DNA of 64,000 nucleotides from Coniocarpon cinnabarinum (taxonomy: Eukaryota): NCBI GenBank assembly GCA_051942205.1, contig JAVECO010000048.1:62001-126000 (forward strand), written 5' to 3'. The translations under genes were made by a program, and so were the position numbers. Under the pieces are notes generated by a model. That model worked only from the letters and a program-made list of their open reading frames with translations, was not told the origin of the DNA and searched no databases. This document shows, piece by piece, positions 50,723 through 61,268 of the stretch; position 1 is the first letter of the stretch; each line of letters starts with the position of its first letter.

Positions 50723-51928
50723 ATGCCCTCTTTGCTCTCTTCTCTGTTGACTACGGCTCTTTTTAGCTACGCAGCTGCACTGAGCCATAGCCACTCTTCT
50801 CTCCCCTCAAAGCTCGTCTCTCGTCAGACATCTCCTTCGCAAGCACCGATCAACCCGTTCCCACCCCCAGCAGCCCCAGTCTGCGCACCTCTCCACATCG
50901 TCGCCCTCCGCGGTCTCGACGAAAACTACGCAGATACGAATCTTTACTCGTTCTTGCAGCTTGCTGTTCAACAGATCTTGGGCAATGTCACTGGCTCGAC
51001 GAGTGTCGGGTTGCCGTACAACTCGGGAGACGAGAACCAGGCCTCTTGTATCAATAATGGAACGATAATGCTGCAGCAATATGTCGAGAGTTACGTTGGC
51101 GTTTGTCCGGACAGCAAAGGTATAACAACTATAACCCTGGACTCTGGTGCACAGGAGTGGCTGATGATTGTTGTAGTTGCATTACTGGGGTACAGTAATG
51201 TAAGTTGGTCTGTGCTGATGTCATATTCATGACAACTGGCTGCGAACGGCGATCAACTCTGGTATGGATAAATATTAAGAGTAGGCAATACTGACGAAGC
51301 TGGTTCATCAGGGCGCCGCTTGCGTTAGCAATGCCATCTGCGGTACCAGCTCACTGCCTTACATCCCAACCAGGCCCCTAGCAGAGCTATACGCAAACAA
51401 TGGTATTGTTCAATTCCACAGAACTTTCATCAAGAAGCGTCTTGCCCCTCAGGGTATTGGCTTCTGGGAGCCTTCTTTGTGCTCTGAAACTAACACATTG
51501 CGACCGCAGTCGTTGCTACAGTCGTTTGGGGCGACCTGACCCGCGCTGCGTTTCGAGATCAATGGAACCTTGGGACTTGTCCGAGATATCAACCCGGTGT
51601 ACGTTTTCCGCCTGGTCGCATCTTGTCTTACTACCGTCGTGCTTCAAACACCTTGCAAGCACTCTCAACACCAGACGTCACGTGATCATGACCATGTTAG
51701 ATCGCTAACGGTCCGGCGCAGATCCACGCCCGGATCGACAATATAGCATGTAGTCCGTTCTCTACTGGCTATAGAAGTTACTGCAACGATGGCGACAACT
51801 TTTGTTGTTCAAGTCAGGATACATCGAATGATGCCCATCATACGTATCAGAATTACTACACGGACAGCACAACGGAGTGGGTGGTCCAGCAGTATCAAAG
51901 TGCTGTGGGAACTGGGAGCGTACGATAG
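50723..51928 (+). CDS. Secreted CE5 cutinase / acetylxylan-esterase-like protein
   Basis: Signal peptide. Splicing introns 51120-51176, 51200-51311, 51403-51509 and 51599-51721 gives CPDSKVALLGYSNGA, VVWGD, SYCNDGDNFCCS and AHHTY (Ser-Asp-His triad). Confidence 0.87.
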
Positions 51929-52901
51929 GTGTCTTGGCCTAGGTCGTGGTCAGAACGGGGATGATGGATGAGGAAGAAGTGGTCATGAAGCATGAGAAAG
52001 AGCGAACAGACTGGAGTCATGGATCTGTGGATGGACTGAAAGAAGGACAGCGCGGACATGTGAGGGCCGGGTAGCGGGAGCGAGGCATGGTATGGAATTA
52101 AGGAAGCTTGCTCTGTTATTTGCCATGATGATGGCTTCCCTTCTTGTACATGCTTCTTGGACAGAATTCGAAGTAGTTTGAATTGGATCTAATTATTAAG
52201 ACACGGGTCCTTCAAAACTGGCAGGAATAAGCTTCTCTGTACACTTTGTCCTCTGGGCTGTGTCCCGCAACGAAGTTGCGGTATGCTCACGTCAACTTAG
52301 TGACCTCATAAAGCACTGAAAGCACATTACTGTGCATGAATCCTGACATCTTGGAAGCGCTTTGAAGACTGCGTTTTCTCTACTACGCTCTTGATAGCCC
52401 TACTTCTTGGAAGAAAGTGTCTATTGCTTCTGCATCCAGTATATAATTTAAAGACTTGTAGACAATGGTGCTGTGGGCAACCATGCTTGACTTAGCTATG
52501 ACTTCTTAGTCATGATAAATAAACATTCCCTGCTATTTCTTCGGAGATTCAATACAGTGTCCAGAGCGCTTGCCGGCGATGCTTTAAATATGAATCAAAA
52601 AGAACCATGGACAGAAGTCCTTACCGGATTTCGGTCCACAATACAGTACGAATAATTCGGATCAGAAAGCCATAGGTACAACGACGAAAGCCTTTTGTAG
52701 CATATAAGACGCTAAATTGAAGTGCGGTAAGTACTTTCTTATCAGGCGCTTCCGGTAACGAAGGATGGAACATGGTCTTGCTGCCTTGACACTCCATTTT
52801 GTTGTATAAGGCAATGCGTACATAACGCTAAACTATATCATGCATATGGACAACGCCCCTTCCTAGCCACTCGCCGAACCTCAAAATTCATTGCTATACG
52901 C

Positions 52902-54620
52902 TCAGAGGTTCTCCAACAACCTTTCAAAAGCCGCCTTCAGGCGTAGCTCCATACCAGGTTCCGACCGTCCTTCAGCAAGCGCCATAACTATTGTGTAATA
53001 GTCAAGCTTTTCTTCATCTTCGAATGCTCTATCTTCGGCGCTCTCTCCGTTCGCAGGATTATCGCGGTCGACATCCATCATCTCTACGTCTGTCTGAAGA
53101 GGCTCGTTTGCCGAGTCGGCTGAGTTGACGGCATCATTGGTCATGACGTCTATCTTCAGGCCGGAGTCGATCCGTGCAGTTTCTAGCGCTCCTTCGGTGA
53201 TATTGGTGGTGATGTTGACGTCGGGAAGATTACTATCGTGAGCGAATTCCTTTTCTTCTTCATCTCTTTGCTCGTCGTCGTCAACAGAACGTGAAGCATT
53301 CTCAATCTCGCCCATCTCCTGGACAAACTTTTGTATGATTTCCGCTGTGCACATCGGCTCTCGCGCGGCGATGTTTAGCGCCTCAACAAGAAGAGACTGT
53401 TTCATCGTCTTCATAGCAGCTTGAGCAATTGCTTCCACATACGGATCGTCAGCGTATTGATGACGTGTCACCTCTCCAATACTCTCGACATAGATACTCC
53501 GATAATGCTGCAGCATCTCAGGCGAGTCTGGGGGGCCCGCAACCAGAGACTCACCCTCCTCATCGACCTCGCCATACTCGTGCATGGCAGGATCCCAATC
53601 TCGCGTCAAGAACGAAGGGTAACGCAGGCAGCCCAAGACCCTCGGCGCAGCGGCAACACCATCCCAATCGAGGATACCGTGGAGACTGCCGTTCGTCCCC
53701 GAAACAAGAATATTCTGATGATCGAAATCCGGATGGCTCGACTCGAACCGCGCTTCAGTCTCGGTAAACGCAAAGAACCAGTTGAGCATCATTTTCGCAA
53801 GGAGCAGGTTGCCTCGTTGCATGGCTACGAGGTTTGGTTCCGCGAGACGGCGCTCGATATGATGCAGGAAAAATGACTGTACATTGGTAAAGACGCCAGA
53901 CTCGTAGAAAGCGTCATCAAGGATCTCGGGGTCCTGCTCGTTGTCTTCCTTTTCGAAAGCAGGCGCGTTATCATGGCAGCGCTGGGACGTCATGCGGAGG
54001 AGACCGTCGCGCTCATTTGCCACCACGAGACCGCCCTCGGAGAAGGTCCAACGCGAAAGCTGCACACTGGCGCGTGCCAGCTCTTGCAGGGCGCGCGTAC
54101 GACGCTGTGCCAGAACAGACTCGCCTTCGTCTTCATCCCACCAGACGTTGGAGAGAGGTTCACCCTCAATAAACTGCATCAAAATGAATGGACAGCCGAG
54201 GATCTCGAAATCAGTTGCATACGCAAAGACCTCTGGAACAGGGATGCCAGTGTGGCGCTTGATCTCCTTCATAACCCAGACTTCTGCCTGCATTCGCTCG
54301 GCGTCGCCATCATCGAAGACGTCAGGATCTCCGCACCCGGGTATCTTGAGAAGCCACTTTTCACCGTCGTCGAAAACAATGGGAAAGAGTACGTGGAACC
54401 CGCCATAAATGGGCGGGTGCTGCACTCGAGCCCTGCGAAAGCTATACGATAGGTTGGGCGATGATGAATCTGGCGACATGAGACGTCGTCGAATCCCCAT
54501 AACAAAATCAGGCACAAGATCCAATCTCAGAACCTGGAGCACATGGTAGAAGGCGTCATAAGGATTGTAGGATCCATCGGAGACAGAGTCCTGGAAAAGA
54601 GGGTGTTCGTCCAAATCCAT
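52902..54620 (-). CDS. APH/choline-kinase-like phosphotransferase, copy 1
   Basis: WLLKIP, IPVPEVF, FILMQFIEG, Brenner-type HPDFDHQNILV and ILDWD motifs. Probable ATG start MDLDEHP. Confidence 0.9.
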   Translation of the reverse strand: MDLDEHPLFQDSVSDGSYNPYDAFYHVLQVLRLDLVPDFVMGIRRRLMSPDSSSPNLSYSFRRARVQHPPIYGGFHVLFPIVFDDGEKWLLKIPGCGDPDVFDDGDAERMQAEVWVMKEIKRHTGIPVPEVFAYATDFEILGCPFILMQFIEGEPLSNVWWDEDEGESVLAQRRTRALQELARASVQLSRWTFSEGGLVVANERDGLLRMTSQRCHDNAPAFEKEDNEQDPEILDDAFYESGVFTNVQSFFLHHIERRLAEPNLVAMQRGNLLLAKMMLNWFFAFTETEARFESSHPDFDHQNILVSGTNGSLHGILDWDGVAAAPRVLGCLRYPSFLTRDWDPAMHEYGEVDEEGESLVAGPPDSPEMLQHYRSIYVESIGEVTRHQYADDPYVEAIAQAAMKTMKQSLLVEALNIAAREPMCTAEIIQKFVQEMGEIENASRSVDDDEQRDEEEKEFAHDSNLPDVNITTNITEGALETARIDSGLKIDVMTNDAVNSADSANEPLQTDVEMMDVDRDNPANGESAEDRAFEDEEKLDYYTIVMALAEGRSEPGMELRLKAAFERLLENL

Positions 54621-56991
54621 GCTGAGGTTGAGAAAAATGGACGCAATGTGCCTGGACTTTGATCGCTTGCTGATCAAGTCGAGCAAGTTTCAGAGACTTT
54701 TCAAACAGGCTCCTGCACCGTAGCAAACTCCACCGTTGCAACGCAATGTATTTCGTAGCGATCGTGTGCGCGCCGACAGAGCTTTAAATCGCGTAATACA
54801 TTGTGCAGCTCCTGTCTGCGTTTGGCCCAATGAGTGAAGATGGCACTGTCCAGTGCGTGAAGGCAAGTGAGCTTTCCTGCACTATGCATTGGCATTACAT
54901 TGACGCAATACCAGGTCCATGGTGACAACTATGACGGGGTTCGCTTAGTACGAACATTTCGGTGATTCGAGGCGCCCCTATGTATATTCTCAAACACAAC
55001 TATGCTGCGACTGTGCTCTAGTAGACGTCATTAAAAGCACGGCTGTCAAAGGTAGTACAGCAGCGCAAGCCTGACGTGCTCGGTGGAAATTCATAGATTG
55101 CGAAGGTATTTCAGTGGTCGTGTTGGATTAGTATGGAGGGGATTCGTGGGTTGTATTCGTAGTAGATGTATCTTCTTATCTCTTATCTAAGGGGTAATGA
55201 GTAGTTGCGGAGAGTCTGCTGCGCAGCATCTTCTCTACGTGAACGCTTGGCTCGGACATCGTTGCAAATGTGAGAGGCCTTCGTAGTGCTACTCACCGGC
55301 CAGGTCGGCTTGGGCAAACGTATACTGGTTGCGCGGATAAGTCCTGTACAGCTTTGCTTCTCAATGCTTTTGCCTTGAGACGGGTATCTTGCCAAACATT
55401 TGATTGACATGAATGTAGCGTCAAATGAATTCTGCAAGATAGGCCCGTTTCCAAGACTCCCACTGTGGGGCTAGCCTTGCAACCAATTTACTGTCTTTGC
55501 ACACCTAAGCTTACTCTCGGGTCTCGTCGAGACTGCCTAAATCTGCACTGGCAGAACAGGTAGCGCTGGTTTTTCTATGTATCCATAGGAATGAAGTATC
55601 TCTGGCACGTATAGGCCTTTTTAATTTCCCCTCTGCATCGACTGGGACTCACTTGAGGCAGTGCTGAAGGTGACCATGCGAGTCGATATTTCTGTTTAGG
55701 TCATATGACGTGGGGCAAGCGCCATGGTATATCATACTCGCCCAGTGAAGAAGTGGAGTGATGTTATACAGGCGGTTCGAACGAAGCAGAGGGGAAAGCA
55801 AAAGGTCATCAACTCGATGAAGAGAACAAGAGAAAGAAGTAAGACTACCAGCGTAAGAGAAGAGGGGATGCAAAGCAGCGAAGCAACAAATCAGCATCAG
55901 ATAAAAGCCCTGGGAAGTAGCAGGATGGGGACGATGTCGGGCAGCCCAAATGCTCGCGTCTAATTGCGTGTAAAATTAATTGTTGAAACTTCATACATCA
56001 GAAAATTGCAAGAACTCTGGAGGCCTACTCGTGCAAGGATTGACACTATCTGCGCGACGCCTACAGCCAGACCCACCTTGCTCGACTGCTGGAAGTCATT
56101 CTGGGCAGCCGGCGGTGGATATGTGTGTGTGCGGAAGCCTCTTTCCCACTCTTCTTTCATGTTTTTGCAAAGCATTCGGCTTGGTTTTCCAACTGTAAGA
56201 AAATGAACAGGGAGATGTCTGTAGGATGCCATCGATGTCGTAGTACTGAGGTGTCACCGGTTCGCAGAAGCACCGAGCTTGATTCTACCGTCGCCTTGCT
56301 TGTGTGTGCCGCCTCGTACTTGAGACGAAATAGACGAAAATCAAGGAAATGGCGTGTCCTTGAGCAATGGTCGCGTGGCGAACGGCAACGGACAAAGGTC
56401 GCATTGCAATGCATGATAGAGGTTCCACAGACGCGACACCACTTTCCGAGGTTGGGTCGCGTGAGTCACGTAAAGAAGCAATTGTGAGAGCATCTTGCGC
56501 ACGCCTCGTTGTGAAAGATGATACAATCAGAATGCCCGACCAGGAGCACATGCTCGATCTGCCCAAATGACCGGCTTTAGAATGTTTTGAACAATTGAAG
56601 GAGGTCCCCTAGCGCGGTATTTGTGCCGCAGCGTGCGTGCCACGATTTCTGATACCATACCTCAGGCGAAGACCAAGGAAGGTAGCAAAAAACGTGGCAC
56701 AAATGCCACATCGTGAAACATATTTTATTCACTTGAATATGGAAACATGGTCAAGCTCTGGATAATAGAGCCACTTTCCTGATCTTGCTAGACGTATCTC
56801 TGCTCGAATATTTGATGAGTACAGGACACTTCCAACATTTCCCTATGCGCCACCACATATGCAACCAAATCTTGGACTTCCTGCCAGACATCTCAGACAT
56901 TTGATTACGGCATGTGAGTGCTTCAATCCTGTGAACCGCCAGTAGATACTCTACTACGTATGAAGGTACAGAGACGATGCTCCTACTCCCA

Positions 56992-58692
56992 TCAGTACAC
57001 ACCCTCATCAACACGAGCCATGAACTGTTCGAACGCGCCTTTGATACGCGCCTCAACTTCTGGATCAAGCTCGCCCGCTGCGATGTCGGTGATTATGTTG
57101 TAGAAGTAGAGCTGGTCACTCTCGAAATCATCTTCATCATCAGTATCATTGACGACTTCGTCATGCTCTTCCATGGTGCCGTTTGGTGGGGCTTGAAAGC
57201 TGCTCATATCGTTGGTGTCTGCTGCCGAGGCTTGTTGGCGAAGTTCTTGATCTATCTTCGAAATCTCATTGAAGATCTTGCGAGCCACTCCGCTGGTGGA
57301 GCATGGGTCCCGCACTGCCGAGTACAATGCTCCGAAGATCAACGACCGCCTTGTGGTAGTCGCTCCTGCGGAGACGAGCTCAGTGACATTCGCATCGTTT
57401 CCCTCGACTCCATGCCACTTCGCAAGATGCTTCTCGATGTTCGAAAGATATATATCCCGGTAGAACTTCAGAGTCTCTGGGGAATCATCTGCGATGGAAG
57501 CTAGGCCATCACTTTCGGTTTCATTTGGGTCGTAATCGTACTGATTGGGATCCCAATCCCTTGTCAGAAATTCTGGATACGACAAGCAACCAAGAATCTT
57601 TGGGACGGCTTGTAGCCCGTCCCAATCGATAATTCCCGTGACATGACCGTCTTCACAGACCATGCAATTTCTAGTACCGAAATCCGGATGTGCCAGCTCA
57701 AATTGTGCAGCACCATGTTGTAAGTTCAACCAGGCGAGCATGCGTTTCACTAGTAGCAGGTTGCCTTTCTGCCGAATCAATAAATTTGGTGTTTGTAGAC
57801 GATGACTCACATGACCAGTGAAATACTCCTCTACGTTCTGAAATGGCCCGAGCTCAAAGGACGGATTTGCAGGTGATTGTTTCTTTGTTCCCGGTTCGAC
57901 CGGCTCCCAGACTGGAACCAGGTCCTCATAGGACTGCGCGGCTGGGCTCTCTAGCTTACCCGGTGTGTCTACCAAGACAAGTCCGCCTTCGTCAAACGTC
58001 CATTTCTGAAGCTGGATCATTGCGGCAGCCAGCTCATCCAGGATGCGAAGTCGTCGTTCTTGGAGCGTCGAAGGGGTGACCTCGATGCTGAACCAAACGT
58101 TTTGAAGCACATCTCCTTCGAGATACTCCATGAGAACGAAAGGGTACCCGACCTTGTCGTGCCCAGTCTCGCTGGCGTACACTTCTGGCACGGGAATCCC
58201 GGTCTCTTGATGGAGCATCTTCAAGATCTCAGGCTCAGACTCTACTTCAGCCGCATGGGAGATGTCATAATCATCTGCAGTCCCTGTCCTAGGCAGTCGA
58301 AGAAGCCATTTCGTCCCGTCATTAAACACGATGGGAAACAAGATGTTGAACGTGCCGAACATTGGCTCAACATCCAGACAAATCTTCGCCGAAATCGAGC
58401 ACGAGGGATTCGAAGGCAAGCTGGCTAGCATTTGTTTTTGCCGTGTCTCAACTGCAAACTTTGACAGAGCCTCTTGATCAAGCACTTCCAGTATCTCCGC
58501 AAGCTCTTCAGGACGATCATATGTGGGTGAATCAGGTTCTTCGGATGGATTATCTGTCGGTAGGTCAAGTTCCTGGGACTGATTATCTGTCAGTAGGTCA
58601 AGTTCTTCTCGACGCTCAGCTGTCGGAGAATCGTCCTGAAATGTGGTGGACTCCCGTGCGTTTTTCTGCATTATCTCTAGGAGGAACTTCAT
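56992..58692 (-). CDS. APH/choline-kinase-like phosphotransferase, copy 2 (paralogue)
   Basis: WLLRLP, IPVPEVY, FVLMEYLEG, HPDFGTRNCMV, IIDWD and YPEFLTRDWDP motifs. Confidence 0.9.
   Translation of the reverse strand: MKFLLEIMQKNARESTTFQDDSPTAERREELDLLTDNQSQELDLPTDNPSEEPDSPTYDRPEELAEILEVLDQEALSKFAVETRQKQMLASLPSNPSCSISAKICLDVEPMFGTFNILFPIVFNDGTKWLLRLPRTGTADDYDISHAAEVESEPEILKMLHQETGIPVPEVYASETGHDKVGYPFVLMEYLEGDVLQNVWFSIEVTPSTLQERRLRILDELAAAMIQLQKWTFDEGGLVLVDTPGKLESPAAQSYEDLVPVWEPVEPGTKKQSPANPSFELGPFQNVEEYFTGHVSHRLQTPNLLIRQKGNLLLVKRMLAWLNLQHGAAQFELAHPDFGTRNCMVCEDGHVTGIIDWDGLQAVPKILGCLSYPEFLTRDWDPNQYDYDPNETESDGLASIADDSPETLKFYRDIYLSNIEKHLAKWHGVEGNDANVTELVSAGATTTRRSLIFGALYSAVRDPCSTSGVARKIFNEISKIDQELRQQASAADTNDMSSFQAPPNGTMEEHDEVVNDTDDEDDFESDQLYFYNIITDIAAGELDPEVEARIKGAFEQFMARVDEGVY
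58500..58610 (-). repeat. 33-bp coding tandem repeat (~3 copies) in the N-terminus of phosphotransferase copy 2
   Basis: GATTATCTGTC(G/A)GTAGGTCAAGTTC repeats at a 33-nt spacing. The peptide reads ELDLLTDNQSQ / ELDLPTDNPSE / EPDSPTYDRPE. Confidence 0.85.
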
Positions 58693-59395
58693 GATAGCGA
58701 CACAAGAAGCTGATTATTAGAGCAAACAAGTTGATAATTTCGAAAGTTGTATAGCGTCGTAAATGGTAATGAGGTTCTGTTTCGCAGAGGTGCACAGCAT
58801 TCAACCGACGAAACGAAAAGACGAAATATATACAGGTAGCAGTGTTCTCCATCGGCTGACTGCATAAAACATCACAGTAGTTGGACACTAGCGGGGCTGC
58901 ACTGTGTGATTCTTGTGCGCGGTACGGGTAATCATTGCCAGCCCAATTTCTTGTTGCGAATCAGCAACCCTGGAGCTATCGACCTCACATAATACTGTCA
59001 AACATGAGTCACAGTCACCTTTCCTGAGAGCGAGTAAGACATGGTATGCTTGCAGCGTTGCCGTTCAAGCCCACGAAGTTGGGATATGACGGTGCCTGAG
59101 CTTCATTGTGTGCTCACCACATCGATCGGATAGAACAGGGGCCTGAATGGAACAGCGATTGGTGATTAGATCATTGATCGAACTGTGTCAAGAAGGGGAA
59201 GATGATGTTAAGCCGAGAATGTCTCTCGCCTCCAAGATAATGCTTAAAAGGGGAGTCCCTCGCTTGATGAGTTGATCTCGGGAAGCACAGCATCGCACTG
59301 ACTTACGAGACAAATCAGAAGCATCTAAAGATACGCGAACTCATTGAGACTACTTCGAGTCGCACCCCAGATCTTTCAGCTACGAATCTATCAAA

Positions 59396-59802
59396 ATGGC
59401 GGCAAAGTCCAAAAGCAGTGTCGGCCATCATGTCACCTCTAAGAGACACCACTGGTAGGTTTCGCTCATTTCTCGTGGAATACTTATGGATTTGCGCTAA
59501 CAGTGTACAGTCCCATTTGCAAAAAAGCCGCTAGCAGCCAGTGTGTATCTGCCGGCCACGTGAAGGAGTGTCCCGTACACAATACATGGTATTGCCCAAA
59601 TCGAGGCAGCAGGACTTGCATTACCTGTCTAGAAGAGGCCGAAATTGCCTACGAGCAGCAACAGCAGCAACAGCGGAACAAGAAAAAGAAAGAAGAAGCA
59701 GAGCGCAAGCGCAAGGAAGAAGAAGCCAACTGGGGCAAAAAACCAGCTGGTAAGCCTGGAACAGAGTCAAGCAAGAAGTATGGAAACAAAGGACAGAAGT
59801 AA
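59396..59802 (+). CDS. Small (116 aa) Cys/His-rich putative zinc-binding protein with poly-Q and a basic coiled-coil tail
   Basis: Start context AAAATGG. Intron 59455-59510 (GTAGGT..CTAAC..CAG) yields MAAKSKSSVGHHVTSKRHHCPICKKAASSQCVSAGHVKECPVHNTWYCPNRGSRTCITCLEE... Confidence 0.75.
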
Positions 59803-60376
59803 CCGAGCCGCACAGACAATCACTCATTCCGAGAATTTGTTGCCCGCTATGTCTCATTAGTTAGAGGACCGCTTGAGCAGGCTGGTAAGTGGAGAGAGAT
59901 AGCGCTATACAGATACTGTATGGGCTATGGCAGTTTTGGAGGAGGGCGACGGGCGTGCTGTATGAGTAAGTTGTATTTTCCCATTGTGCAAATAGGGCAG
60001 TAGACACTGGTCGGTAAATTTACTCAGATTTGAAGCTTTGCTGAAACTAAACCCCTGCTGAACAGCTCTATGATCATTCATCTCATGCCTTTCTGGCTTA
60101 TACAATGCAAAAAGTAGGGTTTGGAACAAACGAAGATTTCTCTCTTAGTTGCAAGTTCGTGATAACCGTTCTGAGCAGCTAACGCATCTCATCATATTGG
60201 TGAAGAATGATCGCATGTCAGGCGTGAAGAGAAGGTGGGTTTCAGTCTAAATGAGAAGAGTACATGGCGTCCTAAGCGTAATCTGCAGGCCATGTGGGGT
60301 CGCCTTGCCTCAGTGAGCACACATGGCTGCATTCTCCTCCTTCAAAACCTGCTTGCTTGAGGATTTGCGTGTGCGT

Positions 60377-60710
60377 CTAGAATTTGACACTGTTGCAATC
60401 GTGCTGAGCGCGTGGAGCGACGCAGCCACCCTTGAGGCCGAGAGCGAAGCAGCTGCCATTGGGACACTTGCAGTCGATAGCTTCCCCACCAGCACGTCGT
60501 CTGTTCCAAATCAGCAGGCCCATCAACGGCGTACTGGATCGCAATAGGCTCATGCAATAGACATTGCAAGCCGCTAGCAGAGGGAACTCACACGACGCAT
60601 CCGGTGGCATCGGAATCGGGCACAGGGTTGGCATCAGGCGCAGCTACGGGGCTGGCCATGACAGTGGCAAGGAGGGAAGTGAGAGCGATGGCGGCGGCGA
60701 AGAACTTCAT
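60377..60710 (-). CDS. Small secreted cysteine-rich peptide precursor (80 aa, 6 Cys)
   Basis: Exons 60592-60710 and 60377-60500 join through intron 60501-60591 (GTGAGT..CTGAT..CAG). Product: MKFFAAAIALTSLLATVMASPVAAPDANPVPDSDATGCVVRRAGGEAIDCKCPNGSCFALGLKGGCVAPRAQHDCNSVKF*. Confidence 0.85.
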
Positions 60711-61226
60711 GGTGTGCGTAGTATTATCGACGGGATCGAGCCGTAGAATGAAGCTGGTATTGTCGCGGACGAGGTGGTGGGCTGTGAGTGATTGTTTGAT
60801 GCTGGTGATCAGGACCACGGACAGCAGAACTGAGTTCGTTTAAATAATTGATGGTGACTGCCTCACCGCCACTTGTTACCTCAATTCAAAGCACCACGAG
60901 CGTCATAACAGGCAACTATGCACAGGGACAGCATCCTTCCCACGGACCCGCGGAGCAAACCTCTGTGCGGTGGTCGCCCCAAGACTAGGGTGTCGCCAGA
61001 GGCTATGCATACGCGCCTGGCACAAACGAACATGTTGAGCTTTTCGAGTCCTCAAGAAGCCGCATCGACATCTGTTACTCGCAAGGAGTATACTTCATAG
61101 CAGCAGCAATCGCCGGGTCATAAAACAGGCAGCTTCATACATACTTCCTTGGAGGGGAACGTCAGTCAATGGCCCATGAAAACTGTGAAGCATTTTCGAC
61201 AAGCGGTGTAGACAAGTTTTGCGAGA

Positions 61227-61268
61227 TTCGAAGGATGCGCTTCGAAGGATGCGCTCTGAAGGATGCAA
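61227..61268. repeat. 14-bp tandem repeat x3
   Basis: TTCGAAGGATGCGC TTCGAAGGATGCGC TCTGAAGGATGCAA. Confidence 0.8.

Noticed and set aside
55183..56570. Short ORFs between the two kinases
   Set aside because: No recognisable motifs and no consistent splice model.
52902..58692. Kinase pair as Spok-type meiotic-drive genes
   Set aside because: No N-terminal coiled-coil, nuclease or Cys-cluster domains are visible, and the motifs are plain APH-like.
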